Below, piece by piece: positions 52,651 to 62,040 of a stretch of 64,000 nt of DNA. Numbering within the stretch: position 1 is the stretch's first letter; each line of letters begins with the position of its first letter. The notes below the pieces were generated by a model. The model ran no database searches. It saw only the letters and a program-made list of their open reading frames with translations, and had not been told where the DNA came from. Made by a program: the position numbers and the translations under genes. Source of the DNA: an uncultured Chthonomonadaceae bacterium (GTDB taxonomy: Bacteria; Armatimonadota; Chthonomonadetes; Chthonomonadales; CAJBBX01). The stretch lies in the NCBI GenBank assembly GCA_964396385.1, contig CAYNFH010000003.1:12178-76177 (forward strand). Direction: 5' to 3'.

Positions 52651-54912
52651 GTGAGGATGGAAACGAGGATTAGACGTCTCACCAGTCCAGGCGCACAAGC
52701 GGGGCCAGCTCACGGTCCGGCCGTCGCGGCGCGCGCCAGACCTGTCACCCGAGCATCCCGGCACGGCAGTCCCGACACCGTTCGCGCCACGGTAAGTGTC
52801 CCTTTCGGCCATGACTTTGGCCATGTGCACGTCCAGGCGGGAGCGGAGGCGGACGTTCACCGATGGCCGTTTGACGATGACAGCAGCAACAAGAGTCCCG
52901 GCATACTCGACAGCCTGGGGTCGATGGCTTCCGGAGCGTGGGATGCAACCAAGGCGGGCGCATCGGCTGTGGGTGGCGCGGCCTCAGGTGCTTACGATAA
53001 GTACCAGCAGATGACGGACACCAAGCCGGTAGCAGCCGGAGACGCCAAGATCGACTGGACCGGCAAGACCCCGATCTCGTGGACACAGGCCTTGGGCGCC
53101 GGCGTTGATTGGATGGAGAAGAAAGCGGGCGAGGGGCTGGATGCAGGGGCCAAGTCGGCGGAAGGCATTCCGGTTCTGGAGCAGCTTGCCGGCGCAGGGG
53201 CATTTGTGGGCAAGGGAATGACCAATCTTACGGGCGGGGTCATTCGAGGAGCCGGGGATATTGTCGGCGGAATCGAGAATGTCTTTGCCCATCCGATTGA
53301 CTCGGCGGCAGGGATCGAAGGCATTCTGGAGCACAACAGCACCATTCCCTTCATGGGCTCCACCCTCAAGGCCATCCACGGAGCGTACGACATCGCAACG
53401 GACAAGAAGAACGCGGAGTACGGCAACTCCTGGGGCGATCTGGCCAATCACGTCTTCAACCCCATGCAGCAGATGAAGGACGACCAGGCATTCGATTCCA
53501 ACCTGGCGCGGGGCATTGTGGCTCCGGGAACGAAGGACTGGGGCGATGCGTGGAACCACATCAAGCAGAATCCGGCGGATGCGTTTGGCCGCGCGGTGAC
53601 CAACATAGCGCCTATGGTGATGGGTTTGGGTGAAGCGGCAGGAGGGGAAGAAGCCGGGCAGGCTTCGAAAGGTCTGGCTGAACCGACTCCGAAGCCCCCG
53701 TCGGGCCCGCTTCCGGAACGGCTGCCTTTGCCTGAGCCAGCGCCGACGCCGGTAGAGATACCCAAGCCAATCGAGCCGCTGCCATCTCCTGGGGAGCCTC
53801 CTCCCTCATCCGCGCCTAGGTCGTCACCGCCGTCGACTCCGGAGCCGCCGGGTTCCGGTCCGCCGACCAAGCGCTATCCTGTTGGCCCGTCCGGAGAGCC
53901 GGAGCCTCCGGTGCCCGGTTGGAACGATCCGCCCTCATCGCGCCCGCCGTCGTCCGGGGAACCGCCTTCTTCCGGCAGCCCGCGCGCATCCGGGGAGCCG
54001 CCCACTTCCAGTAAGCCATCGACGTCCGGTGAGTCACCGGCCAGCGGAGGACCGGAGGGCGGGTCCAAGGGGACGAAGGGACAGCTCGATCAACGGCTTC
54101 AGAACATGCTGGACAACGACATCGATCCCCAGCAGCATCTGGGATACAGTTCGGAGGAGTGGAACCAGCTCCAGAAGGACGCCGCTTCCAATCCGGACAA
54201 GGCGCTTAAGGATCTGGACGCGCGGATGGACCGTCATGGGGTGCGTGCCGAGACATCCGCCGGCCCGGCCAGCGAACCAGAACCTCAACTGAAGGTTCCC
54301 GAAGTGCCGGACAACCCTCTGGACCTTCCGGAGTATCAGGCGGCGATAGAGGAAGCGCAGCAGAAGAAGATGTTTGAGCCGGCCAACCCAAAGAAGGCTC
54401 ACTACCAGGCAGGCGGCTCACAGACAAGCGGTTGGGCCGGCGCCGAGGACCAGGTCGACCGCGTGCTATCAGAGGCGCGCCAGGCCGGCTTCGATCCAGA
54501 GCCTCACCCGTTCGATCCGAAAGGCGAGCCTGGCAAGTACGGCGCTTCTCACGCCGAGGCGAAGGGCGTTGTCCAGGAGCCCGGCGTACCGGGCCAGGTA
54601 GATAAGCCAATGTGCGAAGAGAACTGTCGGCCGCTGGTGAAGGCCCTCGTCCAAGAAAATGGTGTACCTCAGGTTATCGCGGATCCGGATGCGACCCGCG
54701 TCTTCATGCCTGACGGCAGCGTGCATGAAGCCCCAGGCCCATCCGGCGAGCCGCCTAAGGCCACCTTTCCAACAGAACCGGGCGGGCAACCGCCGGCCGA
54801 CTTCTCGGATCTCACTGACAGCCCTCCGGAAGGGATGAAGGGCGTAAACGGGGATGATTGGGCAAAGGCTGTTGCGCAGTTGCGTGAGCAGCTCAAGAAT
54901 TCGGGCAGGTGA
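52651..54912 (+). CDS. DUF4157-leader cargo/effector with a conserved central module and a deaminase-like C-terminal domain
   Basis: VPFGHDFGHVHVQ leader. Central 220 aa are identical to the next gene. The C-terminus YGASHAEAKGVVQEPGVPGQVDKPMCEENCRPLVKALVQENG shows an HAE ... PxCxxC pattern. Alternative ATG at 52657. Confidence 0.75.
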   Translation: MRMETRIRRLTSPGAQAGPAHGPAVAARARPVTRASRHGSPDTVRATVSVPFGHDFGHVHVQAGAEADVHRWPFDDDSSNKSPGILDSLGSMASGAWDATKAGASAVGGAASGAYDKYQQMTDTKPVAAGDAKIDWTGKTPISWTQALGAGVDWMEKKAGEGLDAGAKSAEGIPVLEQLAGAGAFVGKGMTNLTGGVIRGAGDIVGGIENVFAHPIDSAAGIEGILEHNSTIPFMGSTLKAIHGAYDIATDKKNAEYGNSWGDLANHVFNPMQQMKDDQAFDSNLARGIVAPGTKDWGDAWNHIKQNPADAFGRAVTNIAPMVMGLGEAAGGEEAGQASKGLAEPTPKPPSGPLPERLPLPEPAPTPVEIPKPIEPLPSPGEPPPSSAPRSSPPSTPEPPGSGPPTKRYPVGPSGEPEPPVPGWNDPPSSRPPSSGEPPSSGSPRASGEPPTSSKPSTSGESPASGGPEGGSKGTKGQLDQRLQNMLDNDIDPQQHLGYSSEEWNQLQKDAASNPDKALKDLDARMDRHGVRAETSAGPASEPEPQLKVPEVPDNPLDLPEYQAAIEEAQQKKMFEPANPKKAHYQAGGSQTSGWAGAEDQVDRVLSEARQAGFDPEPHPFDPKGEPGKYGASHAEAKGVVQEPGVPGQVDKPMCEENCRPLVKALVQENGVPQVIADPDATRVFMPDGSVHEAPGPSGEPPKATFPTEPGGQPPADFSDLTDSPPEGMKGVNGDDWAKAVAQLREQLKNSGR
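52921..53546 (+). repeat. 626-bp segment 100% identical to 55544..56169 (copy 1)
   Basis: Compared by eye base-for-base. All six-frame track ORFs in the two segments are identical at offset 2623. Confidence 0.9.
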
Positions 54913-54976
54913 ACCCACGATGCGTCACAGATCGGGCCCCTGGAGGCTCGGGCAGTTGACTGAGAGAGGTTAGCCA

Positions 54977-57919
54977 ATGGGCGGGCGGGCGATGCGATCA
55001 TCCAAGCATGCCGAGGCACCGGGTCATGCGGAAGCGGTTCACACGGGAGTGCGTGACACCGTTCAGCAGGGCACGCGCGCCGGAGGCAGTCCGCTGCCGC
55101 ACGCCGCCCGGGTGAAGATGGAAGAGCGGTTTGGTCACGACTTCGGCCAGGTTCGCGTTCACGACGGACCGGATGCGAACCTCTCGGCGGATGGCCTAGC
55201 TGCCCATGCCTATACCGTTGGATCCGACATAGTGTTCAACCAGGGGAAATTCAATCCAGACAACGCGGACGGCGAGGAGATGCTGACGCACGAGCTGACG
55301 CACGTTATTCAGCAGGGCGGTCAATCCGCGGCCAGCGCGGGCGGCGAGCTGGAAATCAGCGACCCTTCCGATCCGGCGGAGCAAGAGGCGCATGAGCTGG
55401 CAAAGGAGATGCGGGGCGACGAGGATTCCGCAAGTCCTTCGGCCGCCCCGGCGGCTTCGGTCCATCGCTGGCCCTGGGATGACGACGATAAGAAGAGTGG
55501 AGGCGGCGGAGGCAGCAGCCCCGGCATACTGGACAGCCTGGGCTCGATGGCTTCCGGAGCGTGGGATGCAACCAAGGCGGGCGCATCGGCTGTGGGTGGC
55601 GCGGCCTCAGGTGCTTACGATAAGTACCAGCAGATGACGGACACCAAGCCGGTAGCAGCCGGAGACGCCAAGATCGACTGGACCGGCAAGACCCCGATCT
55701 CGTGGACACAGGCCTTGGGCGCCGGCGTTGATTGGATGGAGAAGAAAGCGGGCGAGGGGCTGGATGCAGGGGCCAAGTCGGCGGAAGGCATTCCGGTTCT
55801 GGAGCAGCTTGCCGGCGCAGGGGCATTTGTGGGCAAGGGAATGACCAATCTTACGGGCGGGGTCATTCGAGGAGCCGGGGATATTGTCGGCGGAATCGAG
55901 AATGTCTTTGCCCATCCGATTGACTCGGCGGCAGGGATCGAAGGCATTCTGGAGCACAACAGCACCATTCCCTTCATGGGCTCCACCCTCAAGGCCATCC
56001 ACGGAGCGTACGACATCGCAACGGACAAGAAGAACGCGGAGTACGGCAACTCCTGGGGCGATCTGGCCAATCACGTCTTCAACCCCATGCAGCAGATGAA
56101 GGACGACCAGGCATTCGATTCCAACCTGGCGCGGGGCATTGTGGCTCCGGGAACGAAGGACTGGGGCGACGCGTGGAACCACATCAAGGAAAACCCGATG
56201 GATGCGCTCGGGCGGGCAGGGACGAACGTGCTGCCCATGGTCATGGGGATGGGCGAAGCGGGGGCCGGAGAGGCCGCAGGGGAAGGCAGCGGAGCAGCCA
56301 GGGCCGCGGGTGAGGGAGGCGCGGGCGCTGGAGCCAAGACGTTGCCCGGACTCGGACCGCCCGGTCCGCCCGTGAAGACGCTTCCCGGATTGGGACCTCC
56401 TGGCCCAGAACTGCCAGTCCCGGTGGAGGCTCCTTCTGTACCGAAAGCGCCTTCGGGCGGCGTCCCCGAGCCCGCCGTGGCGCCGGCCGAAGCGCCAGTA
56501 GCGCCCTCCGAGCCCGCCCCAGCGGCGCCACGGCCCAAGGCCAATGTAGAGATCAACGCGAACGTGGCCAAACCCGGTCAGGGCAACGTACAGATTATAA
56601 AGAACATCCTCGAGAAGCCGCCCGGCGAGGCGCCTGGTGTTCCGCCGACGGAGCGCGGTCCGCTGACTTCGCCTGCCGCGGAGAGTGTCCCCCCTCCAAC
56701 CGAGGCCGTGCCTACGGTCCGCGAGCCTCACGTAGTCAACCCGAGCGGCGAGCCCGTGGTGGTAAACCCCAACGCGCCCTTCTTTGCGGACCCGGGCGAC
56801 CCCACGGTTCATCCGCTGGAATCACCCGCGGCCAAGAGCCTGCCCGCGCCTCCCACGGTGCCGGATCCCGCTACAATTCCGGGGCCCCTTGACGTCCCCC
56901 CAGCCACCGTGCCGGATCCACCCACTCTTCCCGGCCTTGGGCCAAAGACGCTTCCGGGACTCGGGGTTCCAGGCCCCGAGCTGCCGTCGGCCATCAGCCA
57001 GCTCGATCCCGCTCTGTTCGAGCCGGCGCCCGTCACACCGAAGGTACCCTCGCGGCCGCCGGGAGTTCCTGCGCCCGAGCCGTTCAATCCGGATATCCCG
57101 GTGATTGAGCCGGAGCCCCCGACAGGTCCACCTCGGCCGGCGCCGGCCCCCGAGCCGCCAGCGCCAAACATCCACGAGGCGCCGAGCCATGTGCCAAGCG
57201 GAGAGCCCAGCAGCAACGCCTTCTCGCATGGCAGGCTCGAACCGTTCAGGCACGTGCCGGAGCCCAGCGTTCCGCCGGGATTTGAAAACGTGCCGCGGCC
57301 GTTCCCTGCCCCGCGAGAGCCGGTCCCCCTGCCGGACCAGACTCCTTCCCTGGGTTCCGTTCCGGATCCGGCGACCATTCCACCGGAACGGCCCCCAAAT
57401 ACGGTGGTGCAAGAGCCCCAGTCAACGCTTCCATCCAGCTCCGGGCCCTCAAGCAGCTCGAGTTTCCCGGAAGTGCCTTCGTTCCCGAGCTCCGAGTTCC
57501 CGGCACCCACCATCCCGGACGGGCCGCCGACTATCAGGGAGCCTGACTTTAGCCCGAAGCCTCCGGGGGCCCCCATCGCCCCGGAGCCGATCCCGAAGCT
57601 GCCAGGCGGCCCCAAAGAGGGACCTCCGATCCCGCGCGAGGAACCGCTGTCGCGCCCGGCAGACACGCCGCGTCAACCGATCGATATACCGGGCTCCATA
57701 CCGCCGCCGCCCGACACAATACCCGACGGACCAATCACGCAGGATGCTCCGTCCTCATCGGGCAGCGAGACGCCGACGCTGCGCGGGCTGGGAGGCGTGC
57801 CGGCCATACCGCGCGGGTTTGATCCGGGCGCCTTGATCCAGCTCATGCTCGACACTCCGGGCGCTGGAAGCGTTGTCGAACTGATGCAGCAGCTCGGCAT
57901 GCCCACGCGACGCGCCTGA
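54977..57919 (+). CDS. Full DUF4157 (zincin HExxH) cargo/effector with the shared central module and a ~580-aa Pro-rich C-terminal region
   Basis: LPHAARVKMEERFGHDFGQVRVHDG...AHAYTVGSDIVFNQGKF...EEMLTHELTHVIQQ. KTLPGLGPPGP repeats. GAGAGG SD. Confidence 0.85.
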   Translation: MGGRAMRSSKHAEAPGHAEAVHTGVRDTVQQGTRAGGSPLPHAARVKMEERFGHDFGQVRVHDGPDANLSADGLAAHAYTVGSDIVFNQGKFNPDNADGEEMLTHELTHVIQQGGQSAASAGGELEISDPSDPAEQEAHELAKEMRGDEDSASPSAAPAASVHRWPWDDDDKKSGGGGGSSPGILDSLGSMASGAWDATKAGASAVGGAASGAYDKYQQMTDTKPVAAGDAKIDWTGKTPISWTQALGAGVDWMEKKAGEGLDAGAKSAEGIPVLEQLAGAGAFVGKGMTNLTGGVIRGAGDIVGGIENVFAHPIDSAAGIEGILEHNSTIPFMGSTLKAIHGAYDIATDKKNAEYGNSWGDLANHVFNPMQQMKDDQAFDSNLARGIVAPGTKDWGDAWNHIKENPMDALGRAGTNVLPMVMGMGEAGAGEAAGEGSGAARAAGEGGAGAGAKTLPGLGPPGPPVKTLPGLGPPGPELPVPVEAPSVPKAPSGGVPEPAVAPAEAPVAPSEPAPAAPRPKANVEINANVAKPGQGNVQIIKNILEKPPGEAPGVPPTERGPLTSPAAESVPPPTEAVPTVREPHVVNPSGEPVVVNPNAPFFADPGDPTVHPLESPAAKSLPAPPTVPDPATIPGPLDVPPATVPDPPTLPGLGPKTLPGLGVPGPELPSAISQLDPALFEPAPVTPKVPSRPPGVPAPEPFNPDIPVIEPEPPTGPPRPAPAPEPPAPNIHEAPSHVPSGEPSSNAFSHGRLEPFRHVPEPSVPPGFENVPRPFPAPREPVPLPDQTPSLGSVPDPATIPPERPPNTVVQEPQSTLPSSSGPSSSSSFPEVPSFPSSEFPAPTIPDGPPTIREPDFSPKPPGAPIAPEPIPKLPGGPKEGPPIPREEPLSRPADTPRQPIDIPGSIPPPPDTIPDGPITQDAPSSSGSETPTLRGLGGVPAIPRGFDPGALIQLMLDTPGAGSVVELMQQLGMPTRRA
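55544..56169 (+). repeat. 626-bp segment 100% identical to 52921..53546 (copy 2)
   Basis: See copy 1. Confidence 0.9.
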
Positions 57920-57977
57920 CGGGGATCACGTTCAGACAACTTGTGAAGACGCGGCGGAGTGAAGGAGCAGATGAGCC

Positions 57978-58268
57978 TTGGCAGCCGGTGAAGCGGAAGA
58001 GGAGGAGGCTGGCGTAAGCCAGCAGCGCGAGCAGCGGGCTCCGACTCCCGCCCTTGTCTTCGCGATTCCAGCGAAGACCGCGGCCTCCGAGGGGCCGGCC
58101 GCCCCATCGCAAACTGCAACCGAGGATCGAGGGGCAGCCGCCAAGCAGGGCTCCGGCGCGGCACCGGGGCAGGCGGATCCGCGCGCGGTGGCGGACCGTG
58201 TGTACGAGCTGATGCGGGAAGAAATGGAGCATTCGGTGCTCCGCGGGATGCGGCGGCGGGGATGGTGA
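57978..58268 (+). CDS. Small acidic/Ala-rich protein whose C-terminal motif is shared with the 1043-aa protein
   Basis: TTG start 10 nt after GGAG. C-terminus AVADRVYELMREEMEHSVLRGMRRRGW compares with LLATEVWSILKRRLEIEGERRGRR. Confidence 0.4.
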   Translation: MAAGEAEEEEAGVSQQREQRAPTPALVFAIPAKTAASEGPAAPSQTATEDRGAAAKQGSGAAPGQADPRAVADRVYELMREEMEHSVLRGMRRRGW

Positions 58269-58281
58269 GACGGAAGAGCTG

Positions 58282-58313
58282 GTGTTCAGGTGTTCAGGTC
58301 TTCAGGTGTTCAG
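58282..58313. repeat. Tandem octamer block, 4 x GTGTTCAG, between CIS genes
   Basis: gtgttcag gtgttcag gtcttcag gtgttcag. Confidence 0.8.
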
Positions 58314-58343
58314 GAACAGAAACGGGGAGGGGCTTAGCAGACG

Positions 58344-58823
58344 ATGTTAGTTGCCACACGTCCTTCGTCCAACGGCAGCCAGGCGCCGGCGGAGCAGCCG
58401 AGATCAAAGGACCCGCATCTGGGGCTGCGGTTCTGGGTGCAGCTCGGCCAGGTGGAGGTGGCGGGCTTTCAGGAGTGCTCCGGCCTGGAGATTGAAACCG
58501 AGGTCTTCGAGTACCGCGAGGGCGGCCTGAACACCTATGTCCACAAGCTGCCTGTGCGCGCCAAGTACAAGAACATCACTCTCAAACGCGGCCTGGACGA
58601 GAACCAGGACCTCTATAGCTGGTACGTCAAGGCCATGAACAACGACATGGGCCGGCAGAACATCTCCATCATCGTCTATGACTCGCTCGGCAAGCAGGTG
58701 GAGAAGTGGGACCTCCAGCGGGCATGGCCGTGCAAATGGACGGGACCCGAGCTAAAGGCTGAACACGGGGCGGTCGCGGTGGAGACGGTCGAGATAGCCC
58801 ACGAGGGACTGCTGCCCCGGTAA
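58344..58823 (+). CDS. Second tail tube-family protein (Afp5/Pvc5-like)
   Basis: FQECSGLEIETEVFEYREGG...KLPVRAKYKNITLKRGL...WPCKWTGPELKA...VETVEIAHEGL, parallel to the first tube protein. Confidence 0.85.
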   Translation: MLVATRPSSNGSQAPAEQPRSKDPHLGLRFWVQLGQVEVAGFQECSGLEIETEVFEYREGGLNTYVHKLPVRAKYKNITLKRGLDENQDLYSWYVKAMNNDMGRQNISIIVYDSLGKQVEKWDLQRAWPCKWTGPELKAEHGAVAVETVEIAHEGLLPR

Positions 58824-58869
58824 GGAAGAGCGCCGCTCCCCTTTTGCGGCGCAACACACGGAACACGAC

Positions 58870-61800
58870 ATGCGTAAGGAAGCCCAGCCGGCGGCAATGC
58901 TGAAGGTTCCGCTGTCCGTCCGCCGGACGGCGGCGTTCGGCCGCATGGTAGCCGGCCGCGTGGGGAGCACGTGGAGTCCCGTGGCGGCACGCGTCAGGAT
59001 GCTCTCCCGGACCTCACGCGCGCGCCTGGCCGGCTGGCGGTTGGACCGGCTGGCGTCCTGGACCAACCCATTCCTCCATGGGTTCATAACGCGCGGCATG
59101 AGCCGTTTTGGCTTGCTGGAGCGGGCGCGCCCCGCCCTCGACCTCTATCTGTCCAGACCGGCCATCCCGATGGTCTCCTGGCTCGGAGTGGCGGCGCCGC
59201 AGCCGGAGCGTTTCGAGCCGGAGCCGTTCGAGCTTTCTCGGAGCTTCGGCTCGCCAGGAGCATATACAGCGGCAGGGGCCGCGGACAGTACAAGAGGCGG
59301 CCCGGTGGGGCTGCCGATCCGGGCGGCGCTCCCGGCCCGGATGAGACCTGCACCTGCTCCGGAAGGACAAGCGGTCTTGCCGAGGGATGTAGGAGTGCGG
59401 CCCTTCGCGCCACATAGCGTCTCGAGCCCCCAGGGCGCCCTGCGCCATGGGCAGGGTGCGCATCTCCGGACGAGCCTCGCCAGCCAGATCGCGCGCTCCC
59501 ACCGCCTGATTACGCGCGCGCCGGTGCGCAGCTCACATGTCGCGGCAGCCCTGAAGTCTGGCACGAATCCGTCGCGACCTGTGGTGCGGGCGCCGTCCTC
59601 ACGGGTCCACCGCTCCGCAGGTATGGCGTCGGTTCGGGGCGGAATCGCGCCTCCGCGGCTGGCCGCACCCAGCATCCTTCGGGGCCGCGGACTTCCGCGT
59701 CCCGTGACGCCCGCCGGGCAGGTCGGGTCCGTTGCGGCGCGAACTCGCCCGAGACAGGACCATGCGGCCGGCAAGCGGATTCTGCCACGCGGCCAAACCG
59801 GGCATCCTTCTACGCTCGCATTCCTGCCCCTCAGCGCGAGTCCTACGGCGGCGCCGGACGCGACTCCGGACGGGAGCCCTTTCCGGCACCGCCCGCAGCC
59901 GGACTCAGCAGATTCCCCGTCGCTTCGCGGCACTGAGCATCTGGCGGAGATGGGCGAGATACGGGGCCAGAGTCTGGAGGGCGCGCCAGGCGCTGCCCTG
60001 CCATTCCCAGAAGGATTGAGCAGGATCCTGGCCTTTGTGAACGGGCAGGTCCCCCGCGCGGCCGGATCGAGCGGGCCTGTGATGGAGAACCGCAGCGGCG
60101 GGGTTAAAGAGTCTGGGCGCGGATCGGAAGGGCTACTACGCCGCCGAGGAGAGCTGCCTGTCCTCGGGATGACAGATCGCGGCTTCGCGCGGTCTGGAGG
60201 TACGGGAGAGTTGCGGGAAGCAAAGCAGGTCCCTCCCAGTGTCCTGCCCTCTGCGCACCGCGCATTCACCCGCCTGGAGATGGCAAGTCGCTACGATAGA
60301 TACTCTGGAGGCACAGCGTTCAAATCGGCAGGCGGCCAGGTCCCTCGATTCCCCGGGATAACAAGTTGGTACGTTCCGGTCCTCTCGCATACGGCGTCGC
60401 ACTTGCCCCATGGGGTTCCTCGGAACAGCCCGCACGGCGCGGCGATCCTGGATCCGCGCGAGGCCGGCGGCATCGCACCGAGGTTGTTGAAGAACGTAAC
60501 GCAGGGTGGAGGCGGCAAGCCGGGCCAATCAGCTCTGGTGTCGCGCGCAGTGGCCGCACCGCGGGTTCCGGGACTCCATATTGTGGCCCGTGCCCCGCGG
60601 CTGACTCCCGGGCCGGCCGCCAGCCGAGTGACCCGATCAATCGGCGCGGCAAGGGCTTCCGGGCTGGATGCGCCGCCGCCGCCGAGGACGCCACAGAAGC
60701 AGACGGTGGCGCACCGGCAGGGAGCAATCGGACCGATGGCGGCCGTGGTCGCCCGGCGATACCCGGCGCTCGCGGATAGAGCTCCGGAGCATGCGGTGGT
60801 ACGGCCGGTGATACGGCCATTCCTGGCGGAGATATGGGCAAAGAGCGACGGAGTGACGCGAGCGATTCGGGGGCCGGGTCCGCGCAGACCCGATCTTCGA
60901 AGTGGAGATGGGGCCACCTTCACGCCAGCTCGTGCGTGGGAGTCGAGGCCGGACCCTGCAGTTGACGGCTTCTTACCACTCTCAATCCCGAGTCACGGCC
61001 TTTGGACCCAGGCAGACGTGCCAGACCCGGTTGACGCGGGCTGGCAAAGCTCGGCGCATGGCCCTGCGAAACCAGTCACCGCGTGGACAATAGGTCCGCA
61101 GCCGGAGGCAGTTCGGCAGCGACCGACCGGACCAGCGCGGTCCGCTCCCGTACGGCCGGTCGGCACGCCGCGGGTAATGCGCTCCGCGCGCGGCGTCGCG
61201 ACCAGACCGACCCAATCTCCTGCGCCCGCTGCATCGAGATCGGCGCGTTCGCGAAGCGCCATTCCCGACCTGAGGAGCCGCCTTTCGCCAGCACTGGCGC
61301 GGCTCGTGACCAGCCGTGCACAGCGCGGTGGACATGCGGACCCGGCGGTAGCCCCGGTTTTCTCCTCCCCTCTGATGGCGGCAGGTGGCGGGAGAACAGT
61401 CGGGCTGCCGGCTCAACTTTCCGCACACATACTCGGGCCGCCCCGGCGCCTGCCGAAAATCGGCGAATCGCCTAAGCCAACCGGCGCTTCGCTCCCGATA
61501 GCCCGTGGCCCGACGCGACCGCAGCCGTTCCCAGACCTGGTCACCGGAGAGTCCGCACCGGCAACCAGGCCGATCGGGCGGCGGGACCGGGCTAATGTTA
61601 TGTTGGTGGACTCCTTGAAGCCGGCACACAGCCTACCGGCTATGGCAGAGCGCCTGCCCATGGCACCGGTCGGAGCAGCGCGTCCGACCGGTGCCAAATC
61701 GGCCGGAACGACCGGTGAGACAGTCGCGCGGACGCCCGGAATATCGGCCCGCGCTGCGGCGCCCGCATTATGGATGCCGACCCTGCCCGCCCTTTCCCGC

Positions 61801-62001
61801 GCTCGGCAGAAGGCAATTCCCGTAGTGCAGCGGGAGGCGTCCGAGTCGCCGGCGCCTACCGGGAGCAAGGCGCATTCGGCCGAGGCGGCCAAGGGCGATA
61901 CGGGCGACGCGGCCAACCAGGTGCAACTTCTGGCTACGGAGGTGTGGTCTATCCTGAAGCGGCGTCTGGAGATAGAGGGCGAGCGCCGGGGTCGGCGGTG
62001 A
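58870..62001 (+). CDS. 1043-aa Arg/Pro/Ala/Ser-rich low-complexity protein; positional candidate for tail-length (tape-measure-like, Afp14-type) protein
   Basis: Uninterrupted 3.1-kb ORF between the tube-2 and LysM genes. Only the C-terminal 25 aa look ordered. Confidence 0.55.
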   Translation: MRKEAQPAAMLKVPLSVRRTAAFGRMVAGRVGSTWSPVAARVRMLSRTSRARLAGWRLDRLASWTNPFLHGFITRGMSRFGLLERARPALDLYLSRPAIPMVSWLGVAAPQPERFEPEPFELSRSFGSPGAYTAAGAADSTRGGPVGLPIRAALPARMRPAPAPEGQAVLPRDVGVRPFAPHSVSSPQGALRHGQGAHLRTSLASQIARSHRLITRAPVRSSHVAAALKSGTNPSRPVVRAPSSRVHRSAGMASVRGGIAPPRLAAPSILRGRGLPRPVTPAGQVGSVAARTRPRQDHAAGKRILPRGQTGHPSTLAFLPLSASPTAAPDATPDGSPFRHRPQPDSADSPSLRGTEHLAEMGEIRGQSLEGAPGAALPFPEGLSRILAFVNGQVPRAAGSSGPVMENRSGGVKESGRGSEGLLRRRGELPVLGMTDRGFARSGGTGELREAKQVPPSVLPSAHRAFTRLEMASRYDRYSGGTAFKSAGGQVPRFPGITSWYVPVLSHTASHLPHGVPRNSPHGAAILDPREAGGIAPRLLKNVTQGGGGKPGQSALVSRAVAAPRVPGLHIVARAPRLTPGPAASRVTRSIGAARASGLDAPPPPRTPQKQTVAHRQGAIGPMAAVVARRYPALADRAPEHAVVRPVIRPFLAEIWAKSDGVTRAIRGPGPRRPDLRSGDGATFTPARAWESRPDPAVDGFLPLSIPSHGLWTQADVPDPVDAGWQSSAHGPAKPVTAWTIGPQPEAVRQRPTGPARSAPVRPVGTPRVMRSARGVATRPTQSPAPAASRSARSRSAIPDLRSRLSPALARLVTSRAQRGGHADPAVAPVFSSPLMAAGGGRTVGLPAQLSAHILGPPRRLPKIGESPKPTGASLPIARGPTRPQPFPDLVTGESAPATRPIGRRDRANVMLVDSLKPAHSLPAMAERLPMAPVGAARPTGAKSAGTTGETVARTPGISARAAAPALWMPTLPALSRARQKAIPVVQREASESPAPTGSKAHSAEAAKGDTGDAANQVQLLATEVWSILKRRLEIEGERRGRR

Positions 62002-62040
62002 TTGCGGCTCTGCGGCGCTTCCTGGCACGGAGAACGAGAC

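Noticed and set aside
54469-54918. 149-aa antisense ORF overlapping the deaminase-like domain, considered as a hidden immunity gene
   Set aside because: It overlaps the cargo gene completely on the opposite strand. It has Arg/Leu-rich GC-artefact composition and no start context.
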